A stretch of DNA of 32,000 bases, taken from Candidatus Methylomirabilis oxygeniifera (GTDB taxonomy: Bacteria > Methylomirabilota > Methylomirabilia > Methylomirabilales > Methylomirabilaceae). Within the stretch, counting starts at the first letter, position 1. Each line of letters starts with the position of its first letter. Of the stretch, positions 19,206-32,000 are shown in pieces. The position numbers and the translations under genes are program-made. Under the pieces are notes generated by a model. The model worked only from the letters and a program-made list of their open reading frames with translations. It had not been told where the DNA came from and ran no database searches. The stretch is from positions 1,560,001 through 1,592,000 of the forward strand of contig FP565575.1 of NCBI GenBank assembly GCA_000091165.1, written 5' to 3'.

Positions 19206-19982
19206 TTACATCTTCAGGCTGTTGATGTCGGTTCCCAGAAGTTGACGTTGAAGGTCGACAAGCTGATCAATCCCTCGCGTCGCCAGGTCGAGCATCCGGT
19301 CCAACTGGGCCTTGTCGTAAGGAACCTCTTCGGCCGTTCCCTGCACCTCAACAAATTTCCTGGCGCCTGTCATCACCACGTTCATATCGACATCAGCCAT
19401 AGAGTCCTCGGCATAGTTGAGGTCCAGCAACAGTTCCCCGTCCACATACCCGATGCTGATGCCAGCGACGAAATCTTTCAGGAGTGGTCCTTTGAGTTGC
19501 CCGTTCTCTTGAAGACGGGACAGCGCATCGGCCATCGCAACGAAAGCCCCCGTAATGGCGGTCGTCCGAGTGCCTCCATCGGCCTGGATCACGTCGCAAT
19601 CGATCAGCACGGTCCGTTCCCCTAATCGCGTAAGATCGATCACCGCGCGCAGGGACCGGCCAATGAGACGCTGGATCTCGAATGTTCGACCGCTGGCCCT
19701 CCCGGTTGCCGATTCTCGCGGCGTTCTCGTCTTTGTCGCGCGTGGGAGCATTCCATATTCCGCAGTCACCCACCCTTGACCGGTCGCACGCAGGAACGGC
19801 GGAACCTTCTCTTCGACCGTAGCAGTGCACAGGACTCTGGTCTCGCCGACTTCAATGAGCAGCGACCCCTCGGCATGCCTGAGGTAGCCGCGGTCCACCT
19901 TCACCGGCCTGATCTCATCTATCTTTCGTCCATCACTCCTCACAAGATCTCCTTTCGCGTGATCGCCGGCCAACCGCCTCAA
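19206..19982 (-). CDS. rph: Ribonuclease PH
   Basis: 258 aa; [51 protein letters not shown]..., [23 protein letters not shown]. Confidence 0.96.
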   Translation of the reverse strand: MRRLAGDHAKGDLVRSDGRKIDEIRPVKVDRGYLRHAEGSLLIEVGETRVLCTATVEEKVPPFLRATGQGWVTAEYGMLPRATKTRTPRESATGRASGRTFEIQRLIGRSLRAVIDLTRLGERTVLIDCDVIQADGGTRTTAITGAFVAMADALSRLQENGQLKGPLLKDFVAGISIGYVDGELLLDLNYAEDSMADVDMNVVMTGARKFVEVQGTAEEVPYDKAQLDRMLDLATRGIDQLVDLQRQLLGTDINSLKM

Positions 19983-20548
19983 AAGACGTACTGGGGAGGT
20001 AGGGCCATTCGAGCATCAACATGTCCTGCTAATGTCGGAATCTCCGCTCCCTCTACAAGGATCTGTACACGTTTGATCTGAGTGAAGTTCGAGGTAAGCG
20101 TATTGACGATAGAGAATACGGTATACAGCTCCTCTTGTGCGCCTCCGGGCAGACCATCACGCAACCCCTGGTTGAAATCAACGTACGCAGTCCCGGATGA
20201 ATCGATAAAGAGATTCAACAGCTTGGCCTCGTGGGGGACCGTTGGCGCAACGTTGCCACTCTGCGGCCCCTTTATCAGCTCGGTTACAGTCCGCTTGGCA
20301 TCTTCTGTCGCCGTCGCCACACTTTCTATCTCTCTGTGTTCCTCACGAAAGGAATGATCATCACGAGCTACAAAGAAGAGTGTCACGCCCTTCCGCCCAC
20401 CTTCGGACGTCATCTTCCCCGCCTCTAAGGCAGTTGGTCTGACAGCAGGCCTGTTCACCGTAACCCTTCCGACGCTCCATAGAGCAACCGCACCGATGAT
20501 CACCACCAGTAAGGCAATGGGGGCAGCCATAGTCCTGAGGTTGCGCAT
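19979..20548 (-). CDS. GerMN-domain lipoprotein/membrane protein
   Basis: 189 aa; N-terminal TM; [20 protein letters not shown]...[11 protein letters not shown]...[43 protein letters not shown], a GerMN pattern; overlaps the rph start. Confidence 0.85.
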   Translation of the reverse strand: MRNLRTMAAPIALLVVIIGAVALWSVGRVTVNRPAVRPTALEAGKMTSEGGRKGVTLFFVARDDHSFREEHREIESVATATEDAKRTVTELIKGPQSGNVAPTVPHEAKLLNLFIDSSGTAYVDFNQGLRDGLPGGAQEELYTVFSIVNTLTSNFTQIKRVQILVEGAEIPTLAGHVDARMALPPQYVF

Positions 20549-20550
20549 TG

Positions 20551-21846
20551 TTATTTGACGCTGAAGGCTGAAGGCTGAAGGCTAATTGCGGAACGCGTAG
20601 GGATCGCTCCTACGCGCTTCTCATATCTTGCCTTGAACTTGCCAATACCGGCCAGTAGCGCTTGAGCGATCTGTTGTCGATACGCTTCCTGCTCAAGCTT
20701 GTATTCTTCATCCGGATTCGTGATGAAAGCCACTTCAACAAGGACCGACGGCATCGCGGCCCCGATCAGCACGAAAAAGGGAGCCGATTTAACCCCGCGA
20801 TTGTCGACCTTGAGACTACGTCCGAGTTCGTTCAGTAGGAGCTCCGCCAACTCACTCGATTCCTTGACGTAGAACGTTTGGGCCATATTCCAGAGCACAG
20901 TTTTCAAACCCCGCTGGGCCCCCTGACCGACACCTTCAAGATTGAGGGCGGTATTCTCTCTGACGGCAGAAGCCCTTGCGCCTCGATCGGATGGCTCGCG
21001 GCTCAAGAAATAGGTCTCAAAACCGATCGCACGACTTCGCGGAGCGGCGTTGACATGCAAGCTGATGAAAAAATCAGCTTGGTGTCGATTGGCAATCATA
21101 GTCCGGCTCTCAAGTGGGACAAAGACATCTTCCGTCCTAGTCATGACAACCTTCATCCCGAGAGTCTCTTCGACCAGTCGCTGTAACCTGAGGCCGATAT
21201 CCAGTACGATATCTTTCTCTTTCGCTCCTGACCGGCCGATCGCCCCCGAATCTCTTCCTCCATGACCTGGATCGATCACGATCGTCATGACGATTTGTTC
21301 CGGCAACGGTGCTTCAGGTGGATCAGTCGGCTCGCCGCCTCGAGCCGCCGGTTTTGGCTGAGCTGCTCGTCCTGGTGTCGTCTTTATGGCGCTATCCGGC
21401 TGTGGTGCCAGGTCCTCCCGCGCTTCGCGAGGAAAAAGATCGACGACAATCCGGTCAGGCCTTTCCAGGGCAAAAATCTTACTCCACAAGCGGCGTCCTG
21501 TCCCATAAATGGTAATCTGGGCATCGTTGCCAAGCTGCCGAACTTCGATGGAGGCCACAAGGCTATCAGAAACTTCGATGCCTCGAATGGAAGGACTCAT
21601 AATCCCTTGCCTCACCTCCAGCACAACTCGCCCTGATGCACCGTCATCTCTAAGGAAGAACTCATGCGGTCGCGTTCCTTCCAAGACAACCCGCGTATGG
21701 TCGCGGTATGTACGAAAGCGTAACAGGCGCAGTGAATGCGGCCAATTGACTTGGGTGGCCTCCGCCAAAGAAACGAACATAGCCGCAATCAGGACTCCAC
21801 AAACCAGAAAGGCTGACCACGTTGCTGATTGTGTAACCCGACTCAT
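20551..21846 (-). CDS. N-acetylmuramoyl-L-alanine amidase with AMIN domain (AmiC-like)
   Basis: ORF to 22059, but that 5' part runs through the rrn terminator, so start placed at MSRVTQSATWSAFLVCGVLIAAMFVSLAEA; catalytic TIVIDPGHGGRDSGAIGRSGAKEKDIVLDIGLRL... FISLHVNAAP. Confidence 0.9.
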   Translation of the reverse strand: MSRVTQSATWSAFLVCGVLIAAMFVSLAEATQVNWPHSLRLLRFRTYRDHTRVVLEGTRPHEFFLRDDGASGRVVLEVRQGIMSPSIRGIEVSDSLVASIEVRQLGNDAQITIYGTGRRLWSKIFALERPDRIVVDLFPREAREDLAPQPDSAIKTTPGRAAQPKPAARGGEPTDPPEAPLPEQIVMTIVIDPGHGGRDSGAIGRSGAKEKDIVLDIGLRLQRLVEETLGMKVVMTRTEDVFVPLESRTMIANRHQADFFISLHVNAAPRSRAIGFETYFLSREPSDRGARASAVRENTALNLEGVGQGAQRGLKTVLWNMAQTFYVKESSELAELLLNELGRSLKVDNRGVKSAPFFVLIGAAMPSVLVEVAFITNPDEEYKLEQEAYRQQIAQALLAGIGKFKARYEKRVGAIPTRSAISLQPSAFSVK

Positions 21847-21970
21847 GCAGATCACGCAGGGTCCCTTGTCCATCGTCGCACCGTAACCGTCGCGCTTCCC
21901 ATCTGACTCGTCCTTCATCGCGAAAGTCCTCTTGCCAGCCGATCGAAGCCAAACGCCACTACCATAAAAA

Positions 21971-22005
21971 GAAAAGCCCGCACGTTCCTCCCATGCGGGC
22001 TTTTC
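21971..22005 (-). terminator. Intrinsic terminator of the rRNA operon, downstream of 5S
   Basis: gaaaagcccgca (21971-21982) / tgcgggcttttc (21994-22005) 12-bp inverted repeat; minus strand continues TTTTCTTTTTATGG. Confidence 0.9.
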
Positions 22006-22011
22006 GAATAA

Positions 22012-22131
22012 ATCCTGGCGGCGACCTACTCTCCCGCGCAGTTGCCCACGCAGTACCATCGGCGCTGGAGGGCTTCACTTCCGTGTTCGGAATGGGAACG
22101 GGTGTTTCCCCTCCGCTATGGCCACCAGGAA
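22012..22131 (-). rRNA. rrf: 5S ribosomal RNA
   Basis: Minus strand TTCCTGGTGGCCATAGCGGAGGGGAAACACCCGTTCCCATTCCGAACACGGAAGTGAAGCCCTCCAGCGCCGATGGTACTGC...AGAGTAGGTCGCCGCCAGGAT. Confidence 0.97.
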
Positions 22132-22172
22132 TGATTCAGCTTTCCGGATCTTCCGTGTTGCGTCGACCTGCG

Positions 22173-22514
22173 TTACCGCGCCGATCTACCTTCAACCAAA
22201 GGATTTACGCGAATTCGATCCTTGATTCTCGCGAACTCTTTTCGACCCAGCACCTTTCTGGAGATTAACTCGTCAAGTGTGTGATAGGGCCGATGCTGTA
22301 CAATTCGTCCCGCGACCTCTGGCCCGAATCCCGGCAGCTTTTGGAGCTCGCGAATCGACGCTGTGTTCAGATCCACTTTTCTCGCGGGCGCGTTTACGGC
22401 GGCGTGTCCGGCTCTCGCGGCGGTGCCACGTCCTACCCCCTGCCACGCTTCCGAGCCACTTATTATCGTGGCTGCGCCGAACATACTCACTACCGTTACC
22501 GCGACCCGCTTCAT
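22173..22514 (-). CDS. Helix-hairpin-helix (ComEA-like) secreted/periplasmic protein encoded in the 23S-5S spacer
   Basis: Start taken at MKRVAVTVVSMFGAATIISGSEAWQ (signal peptide-like), giving 113 aa; KVDLNTASIRELQKLPGFGPEVAGRIVQHRPYHTLDELISRKVLGRKEFARIKDRIRVNP is a clear HHH unit; AGGA about 10 nt upstream of the ATG. Confidence 0.85.
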   Translation of the reverse strand: MKRVAVTVVSMFGAATIISGSEAWQGVGRGTAARAGHAAVNAPARKVDLNTASIRELQKLPGFGPEVAGRIVQHRPYHTLDELISRKVLGRKEFARIKDRIRVNPLVEGRSAR

Positions 22515-22543
22515 TGCCACGAATCCTATACAGAAAGAAAAAA

Positions 22544-22551
22544 AATTGGGG

Positions 22552-22557
<6 letters not shown>
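22544..22557 (-). promoter_or_regulatory. 3' arm of the 23S processing stem
   Basis: Plus-strand aattggggtcaagc is the exact reverse complement of gcttgaccccaatt at 25568-25581 flanking the 23S 5' end. Confidence 0.75.
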
Positions 22558-25567
<3,010 letters not shown>

Positions 25568-25573
<6 letters not shown>

Positions 25574-25581
25574 CCCCAATT
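25568..25581 (-). promoter_or_regulatory. 5' arm of the 23S processing stem
   Basis: 14-bp perfect complement to 22544-22557. Confidence 0.75.
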
Positions 25582-25632
25582 CTAAATTTTATATCGAGGT
25601 CTGTATTTCGTGGAGACCCGGATCGCTATTCA

Positions 25633-25646
25633 ATTGTCAAAGAGCC
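25633..25646 (-). promoter_or_regulatory. boxA-like antitermination element upstream of 23S
   Basis: Minus strand GGCTCTTTGACAAT, close to the rrn boxA consensus (GCTCTTTAACAA); same 14-mer in the 16S leader. Confidence 0.75.
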
Positions 25647-25723
25647 CTACGAGCGGTGCCCGTACAAGCTGTGTTCCAATATTCCTTATGCAACGTCAGG
25701 GGCAAAGCCCACTACCGTCTTCT

Positions 25724-25799
25724 TGGTGGAGATGAGCGGAATCGAACCGCTGACCCCCTGCTTGCAAAGCAGGTGCTCTCCCGTCTGAGCTACATCCCC
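25724..25799 (-). tRNA. tRNA-Ala (TGC)
   Basis: GGGGATGTAGCTCAG..., anticodon arm CCTGC-TTTGCAA-GCAGG, CCA encoded; 16S-23S spacer. Confidence 0.97.
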
Positions 25800-25870
25800 C
25801 ATGCGCATTGCGGATGCGGGCGGTTTCCCGATACTCAACCGGAATTCAACGCCGATACCCGAAATGAGAT

Positions 25871-25947
25871 GGTGGGCCTTCCTGGGATCGAACCAGGGAC
25901 CTCACGCTTATCAAGCGTGCGCTCTAACCAGCTGAGCTAAAGGCCCC
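25871..25947 (-). tRNA. tRNA-Ile (GAT)
   Basis: GGGCCTTTAGCTCAG..., anticodon arm CACGC-TTGATAA-GCGTG, CCA encoded; 16S-23S spacer. Confidence 0.97.
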
Positions 25948-26087
25948 CTTTCGACTAAACTGCGGATCGATTTCAGACGCGTGCTTTGACCAGTCCGCCG
26001 ATCCGACGTGTCATGAAGCACGACTCAAAAGAAAGGATAAATATCGTTGCTACGAACCTGGGGTAAATTGACCTGGGAGTTTTAACT

Positions 26088-27655
<1,568 letters not shown>

Positions 27656-27757
27656 ATTAGAACTTACGAGGTACTAGCCTCGAAGCAGACTTTCCGTTGC
27701 CGGTCCGTCCGCTCTGGCTGACTTCATCCGCCCTCAAGTCAGTAGCAACGATATTCT

Positions 27758-27771
27758 ATTGTCAAAGAGCC
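27758..27771 (-). promoter_or_regulatory. boxA-like antitermination element in the 16S leader
   Basis: Minus strand GGCTCTTTGACAAT, identical to 25633-25646. Confidence 0.75.
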
Positions 27772-27774
27772 GTT

Positions 27775-27799
27775 ATAAAAACCCGGCAAGGTTGCCGGG
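27775..27799 (-). terminator. Intrinsic-terminator-like hairpin between tyrS and 16S
   Basis: Minus strand CCCGGCAACCTTGCCGGG followed by TTTTTAT. Confidence 0.75.
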
Positions 27800-27815
27800 C
27801 ACCACATCTCTATTC

Positions 27816-27844
27816 AATATAGAGCATCGCGCGTAAAGCGTCAA
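27816..27844 (-). promoter_or_regulatory. Putative rrn promoter P2 (TTGACG - 17 nt - TATATT)
   Basis: -35 at 27839-27844, -10 at 27816-27821, spacer 17 nt. Confidence 0.65.
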
Positions 27845-27870
27845 TGGCTAATATCGAACAGTGAAGCTGT

Positions 27871-27900
27871 AATGTACAGGAATGCCATTATAGCTGTCAA
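27871..27900 (-). promoter_or_regulatory. Putative rrn promoter P1 (TTGACA - 18 nt - TACATT), -35 overlapping the tyrS stop codon
   Basis: -35 at 27895-27900, -10 at 27871-27876. Confidence 0.45.
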
Positions 27901-29144
27901 GTGTTTTTTGGGGTGGGAACGCTCTTTTTTACTCTACGGAAAAATCGCTTCCCTACCTTCAGTAAGTGTTCGCAATCCAGCGATACTCGCGCACATTCAT
28001 TCCGCACCACCTGCCCGTCAAGACTGACCCCACCCTGGCGGATAAGCCTCCGGGCTTCCGAGAGGCTCTTCGTCCCTCCTGATTCCTTGATCAGCCAGAC
28101 GAGATCAACCGCAGCTCGCTCATCCTCCACCGCAAACAGACTGATCTCGTCCGGCAGCCTCTTGTCTCGGAACATCCGGTCGAACTCGAGAGCCGCCTCC
28201 TCGGCGGCCTGCTCCCCCCGGTAGAGCGCAACCAGCTCCCAGGCCACCTTGGCTTTCGCTGTCCTGGGATGAAGGGTGCCGAGCTTCAATCCCTCATCCA
28301 TAGCCTCTACGGCCTCCGGCAATACCCCGGCCACCAGCTCGGCATATTTCACAATCAGCTCATCTGGAATCGACATGGCCTTCCCATATACCTCCCTGGC
28401 CGGCTCATCAATCCCAATATAGTTGCCGAGACTCTTGCTCATCTTTTGAACGCCATCGGTCCCTTCAATCAGGGGCGTGATGAGCGCAACTTGAGGTTCC
28501 TGCCCATACGCCCGCTGCAACTCCCGTCCTACAAGTAGATTAAACTTCTGATCGGTGCCGCCTAATTCGACATCAGCCCTGAGCACCACGGAATCATACC
28601 CTTGAGCCAGTGGGTACAGAAACTCATGAACGCCGATGGGCCGTCCCTCCCGGTATCGCTTTTGGAAATCGTCCCGCTCGAGCAGTCGAGCGACCGTATG
28701 CTGTGCCGCCAGACGGATCACGCCGGCGAAATCCATTCGACTCAGCCACTCACTGTTAAAGCGGATCTCCGTTCGATCTTCATCGAGGATCCGAAATATC
28801 TGCCTCTTATACGTATCCGCGTTCGCCTGCACTTCCTCAACGCTCAATGGCTTACGGGTCTCTGATCTACCCGTCGGGTCGCCGATCATACCGGTAAAAT
28901 CGCCAATGAGGAATATCACCTGGTGGCCGAAATCCTGAAACTGGCGCAGCTTCCTCAGGACGACCGTGTGGCCGAGGTGCAGGTCCGGCGCTGAGGGGTC
29001 GGCGCCGAGTTTGATGCGAAGCGGAATGCCGGTCCGCAACGAGCGCTCGAGCTTCTCAAGCAACTCTGCGTCCGACATAATCTCCACCGCACCACGCCGA
29101 ATGGCGCACAGTTGCTCATAGGCTTGCGCTTTCAGATCATTCAT
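27897..29144 (-). CDS. tyrS: Tyrosyl-tRNA synthetase
   Basis: ORF to 29327; likely start [22 protein letters not shown]; [31 protein letters not shown]; [13 protein letters not shown]; [11 protein letters not shown]; C-terminal S4 domain. Confidence 0.95.
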   Translation of the reverse strand: MNDLKAQAYEQLCAIRRGAVEIMSDAELLEKLERSLRTGIPLRIKLGADPSAPDLHLGHTVVLRKLRQFQDFGHQVIFLIGDFTGMIGDPTGRSETRKPLSVEEVQANADTYKRQIFRILDEDRTEIRFNSEWLSRMDFAGVIRLAAQHTVARLLERDDFQKRYREGRPIGVHEFLYPLAQGYDSVVLRADVELGGTDQKFNLLVGRELQRAYGQEPQVALITPLIEGTDGVQKMSKSLGNYIGIDEPAREVYGKAMSIPDELIVKYAELVAGVLPEAVEAMDEGLKLGTLHPRTAKAKVAWELVALYRGEQAAEEAALEFDRMFRDKRLPDEISLFAVEDERAAVDLVWLIKESGGTKSLSEARRLIRQGGVSLDGQVVRNECARVSLDCEHLLKVGKRFFRRVKKSVPTPKNT

Positions 29145-29418
29145 TTGTGGTTTCTCCGCCAGGTTAGTGGTTGTTTTTCTAGCACAATAGCGGCCTCGTC
29201 GCAACCCCAAACCTCTCTTCCCCGTATCTTGTTGACCGGGGCAGGGTGGTGAGGGCGGCAATGCTTGTGAGGGCCTAACCCCTCTGTTATAGTGTGGCCA
29301 TCGCGGTCGTTCCTTGGAAAACAGCATTCAGCCATCAGCCGCAGCAAACCAAAGGGATAAATCAGAAGGGCTGAAAGCTGAATACCGACAGCATACCAAC
29401 CACTGGGAGATGTAGCAG

Positions 29419-31638
29419 ATGCAACGGCGATCACGAGTTCGCGTTACTGCCATCCGGTCCATTCTCCTGTTAATGGCCATCTCGCTGGGAGTTCTCGGCG
29501 GCCTGTTTGTGACGTACCTCCGTGACCTCCCGACACTTGAGGCGCTTGAAGAATATCAGCCCAGCCTCGTGACCACGCTCTATTCGGATCACGATGAACC
29601 TTTTGCGACCCTTTTCGAGCAAAAACGGTTCTGGATTCCGCTGGATACAATTCCCCGCCATCTGATCAATGGAGTGATCGCCGTCGAGGATGCTCAGTTC
29701 TATCAGCATCGCGGGATCAATTTCCGAGGTATCGCCCGAGCGCTGCTGGTGAATCTCCGGGCTCTGCGCCCCGCCGAGGGTGGAAGCTCTATCACGCAAC
29801 AACTGGCGAAGCTACTGCTTCTGACGCCGGAGAAACACCTTTCCAGGAAGATTAAGGAGGCCGTCCTGGCGATCGAAATCGAGAAGCGATATTCCAAAGA
29901 GAAGATCCTTGAACTGTATCTCAATCAGGTCTATTTCGGACATGGCGCCTATGGTGTGGAGTCCGCTGCCCACACCTACTTCAAGAAGCCGGTAGATCAG
30001 CTCAATCTCGCCGAGGCCGCAACCCTCGCCGGACTGCCGCGGGCGCCAAACTACTACTCTCCCATCGCCGATAAAGAGCGGGCGATACGCCGCCGCAACC
30101 ATGTGCTGACCCGGATGGCCGAGGAAGGGTTCATCACCAAACAGCAGGCCGCTTCCGCCCTAGCCGTCACCTTCAATGAATTCCCGTTCGAGAAAACTCG
30201 AAACCTTGGCCCCTACTTCGTGGAGTATATCCGCCAGCAACTGGAAGAGAGATATGGTACGTACGCTGTCTACCATGGCGGCCTGAAGGTCTACACCACA
30301 CTGAATGTCGGCGCGCAGCGGAGCGCAGAGACGGCACTGCTCGAAGGTCTCCGGGAGATCGACAAGGCCAGAGGCTTTCGCGCTCCTCGCATCCGATCCT
30401 CGTCCGCCGCAGTCACCCGCAAAGGCGCCCTCTCCTACCTGATTCCAAAGGCTGGCGAGACCCTCAGCGCCACCGTCACCAAAATACTGCCGAAGGCGGT
30501 CACGGTCCAGGTAGGCGGGTATCAGGGCGATATTGCGCTTGACAAAGTGCCCTGGCTGGACAGTTCGCAACCGCGCCAACAGCTTCAGCCCGGTATGGAG
30601 CTAAAGGTTCAAGTGTTGCGTGTCAACACACGAACAAAGATGCTCGATCTCAGCCTCGAACAAGACCCTGAGATTGAGGGCGCCTTCCTCGCCATCGACC
30701 CCGGGGATGGCGGCATCAAGGCGATGATCGGCGGGTACGACTTCGAACGATCGAAATTCAACCGTGCGGTCCAGGCCAGGCGACAGCCAGGATCGGCCTT
30801 CAAACCGTTTGTCTACGCGGCAGCATTTGATCGCGGGCTTACCCCTTCTACGATCATCAATGACGCGCCCGTCAGCTACCCGATCCTTGCGGACGGCAAA
30901 CGGATCGAGTGGAGTCCAGATAACTACGACCGCAAGTTTCGAGGCCCAACCACATTACGATACGGGTTGGAACACTCCATCAACGTCGTCGCGGTGAAGC
31001 TTATCGAGCGGATCGGCGTCGATTCGGTTATCGAGTTGGCCCGTAACCTTGGGATCGAGAGCACCCTCCGTCGGGAATATGCCCTGGCCCTCGGCGTCTC
31101 GGAGGTCACATTGTCGGAGCTGGTCTCAGCCTTCGGCGTCTTTGCACATTCAGGGATCCGATTTTTGCCCTACGGCATCAGAAAGGTGACGGACAACAAG
31201 GGGGCGCTCCTGGAAGAGTACATCCCGGTCGGTCAGCAGACGATGAGGGAAGAGACGGCGTTTACCGTAACCAGCGTCTTAGCTGGTGTTGTGGAGCGGG
31301 GGACCGGGTCGCGAGCGCGCGTTCTGGGAAGACCTGTCGCGGGTAAAACGGGAACGACTCAGGCGGCGACTGATGCCTGGTTTATCGGGTATACCCCTCA
31401 CCTCGTCGCAGGGGTCTGGGTCGGCTACGATACCAAGCGATCACTCGGGCCACACGAATCGGCCGCTACCCTCGCCGTACCCATCTGGACCCGCTTCATG
31501 CAACGAGCTGTTCAGGACACTCCAACAGAAGAGTTCCCAGTACCGGCAAACGCGGCACCGGCGTTGGTCAACTATGTCTCGGGACGTCCCACCACCTCTG
31601 ACGATAAAGATGCCATCAAGGAGTTTGTCTTCAGGTAG
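29419..31638 (+). CDS. Class A penicillin-binding protein 1A family (transglycosylase/transpeptidase)
   Basis: 739 aa; AVEDAQFYQHRGINFRGIARA, EGGSSITQQLAKLLLL, transpeptidase motifs SAFKPF, SINVV, KTGTT. Confidence 0.96.
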   Translation: MQRRSRVRVTAIRSILLLMAISLGVLGGLFVTYLRDLPTLEALEEYQPSLVTTLYSDHDEPFATLFEQKRFWIPLDTIPRHLINGVIAVEDAQFYQHRGINFRGIARALLVNLRALRPAEGGSSITQQLAKLLLLTPEKHLSRKIKEAVLAIEIEKRYSKEKILELYLNQVYFGHGAYGVESAAHTYFKKPVDQLNLAEAATLAGLPRAPNYYSPIADKERAIRRRNHVLTRMAEEGFITKQQAASALAVTFNEFPFEKTRNLGPYFVEYIRQQLEERYGTYAVYHGGLKVYTTLNVGAQRSAETALLEGLREIDKARGFRAPRIRSSSAAVTRKGALSYLIPKAGETLSATVTKILPKAVTVQVGGYQGDIALDKVPWLDSSQPRQQLQPGMELKVQVLRVNTRTKMLDLSLEQDPEIEGAFLAIDPGDGGIKAMIGGYDFERSKFNRAVQARRQPGSAFKPFVYAAAFDRGLTPSTIINDAPVSYPILADGKRIEWSPDNYDRKFRGPTTLRYGLEHSINVVAVKLIERIGVDSVIELARNLGIESTLRREYALALGVSEVTLSELVSAFGVFAHSGIRFLPYGIRKVTDNKGALLEEYIPVGQQTMREETAFTVTSVLAGVVERGTGSRARVLGRPVAGKTGTTQAATDAWFIGYTPHLVAGVWVGYDTKRSLGPHESAATLAVPIWTRFMQRAVQDTPTEEFPVPANAAPALVNYVSGRPTTSDDKDAIKEFVFR

Positions 31639-31653
31639 CACCCTTTTGGAAGC

Positions 31654-31757
31654 TGTCAGCTTTCAGCCGTCAGCACCGAGCGTAAAAGGCTGAAGGTGGA
31701 TAGCCTGAAGGCTGAAGGAAGTAGGGAACTATACCTAAAAGCCTTCAGTCTAAACTC
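31654..31757. repeat. TCAGC/GCTGAAGG-rich intergenic repeat tract
   Basis: agctgtcagctttcagccgtcagc...aaggctgaaggtggatagcctgaaggctgaagg...aaagccttcagtctaaact. Confidence 0.6.
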
Positions 31758-31779
31758 CTGATGGTTATCTTCTGTGGAG

Positions 31780-32000
31780 CTAACTCGGCCAACCGATATA
31801 TTGCCCATCCTCCCACAGTTCGACCATCCTGTTCACGATGGTCAGTCGATCTTCAAATCGTTCACTTTGTGAAAGGGCGTGATCTAATGGACCGTGATCC
31901 TGAAGGTGAGGACGGGGGAGTTCGCTGAGACTGACGTAACTCTCACGAAGCCTCGCTAGCGCTGTCTTGTTACAACGAAGCAGGTTCGAGGTGGGGACGA
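31780..32000 (-). CDS. C-terminal part of an unidentified protein (start beyond window)
   Basis: Minus-strand open frame ...VPTSNLLRCNKTALARLRESYVSLSELPRPHLQDHGPLDHALSQSERFEDRLTIVNRMVELWEDGQYIGWPS*. Confidence 0.4.
   Translation of the reverse strand, partial: VPTSNLLRCNKTALARLRESYVSLSELPRPHLQDHGPLDHALSQSERFEDRLTIVNRMVELWEDGQYIGWPS

Noticed and set aside
21847-22059. N-terminal extension of the amidase ORF
   Set aside because: Reads through the rrn terminator and part of 5S; not plausible coding sequence.
29265-29292. Possible plus-strand promoter TTGTGA-N16-TTATAG upstream of the PBP gene
   Set aside because: Weak match with suboptimal -35 and spacer; not reported as a feature without TSS data.

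Overview
Chromosomal window with two dense blocks. (1) 1-17537: a chemotaxis/motility regulon, mostly on the minus strand. In transcription order it reads cheY, cheA, a c-type-heme MCP, cheW, cheR, cheD, cheB, a REC-Cys-STAS-like regulator, motA, motB, cheZ, a small protein, an HDOD protein, and a REC-GGDEF protein cut by the window edge. Next to it lie a degenerate histidine-kinase-like protein (+) and a large hybrid kinase (-). (2) 17599-29144, also minus strand: a six-tRNA cluster (Lys, Arg, Arg, His, Arg, Pro), then rdgB, rph, a GerMN-domain protein and an AMIN/amidase_3 gene, then an rRNA operon (16S - tRNA-Ile - tRNA-Ala - 23S - 5S), then tyrS. A class A PBP gene (+) follows, and a partial unknown ORF (-) runs off the right edge. 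Most notable observations: a helix-hairpin-helix (ComEA-like) protein gene fits entirely in the 23S-5S spacer of the rRNA operon; motB has a frameshift at a homopolymer (2972-2976), with the missing OmpA-domain C-terminus readable in the next frame; an intrinsic-terminator-like hairpin lies between the putative rrn promoters and boxA; the operon encodes a heme-binding chemoreceptor, a REC-Cys-STAS-like regulator and a CheA with an unusual linker domain; and TCAGC/GCTGA-rich intergenic repeats recur through the window. No CRISPR array, phage or transposase was seen. The lineage cannot be assigned without a 16S search.
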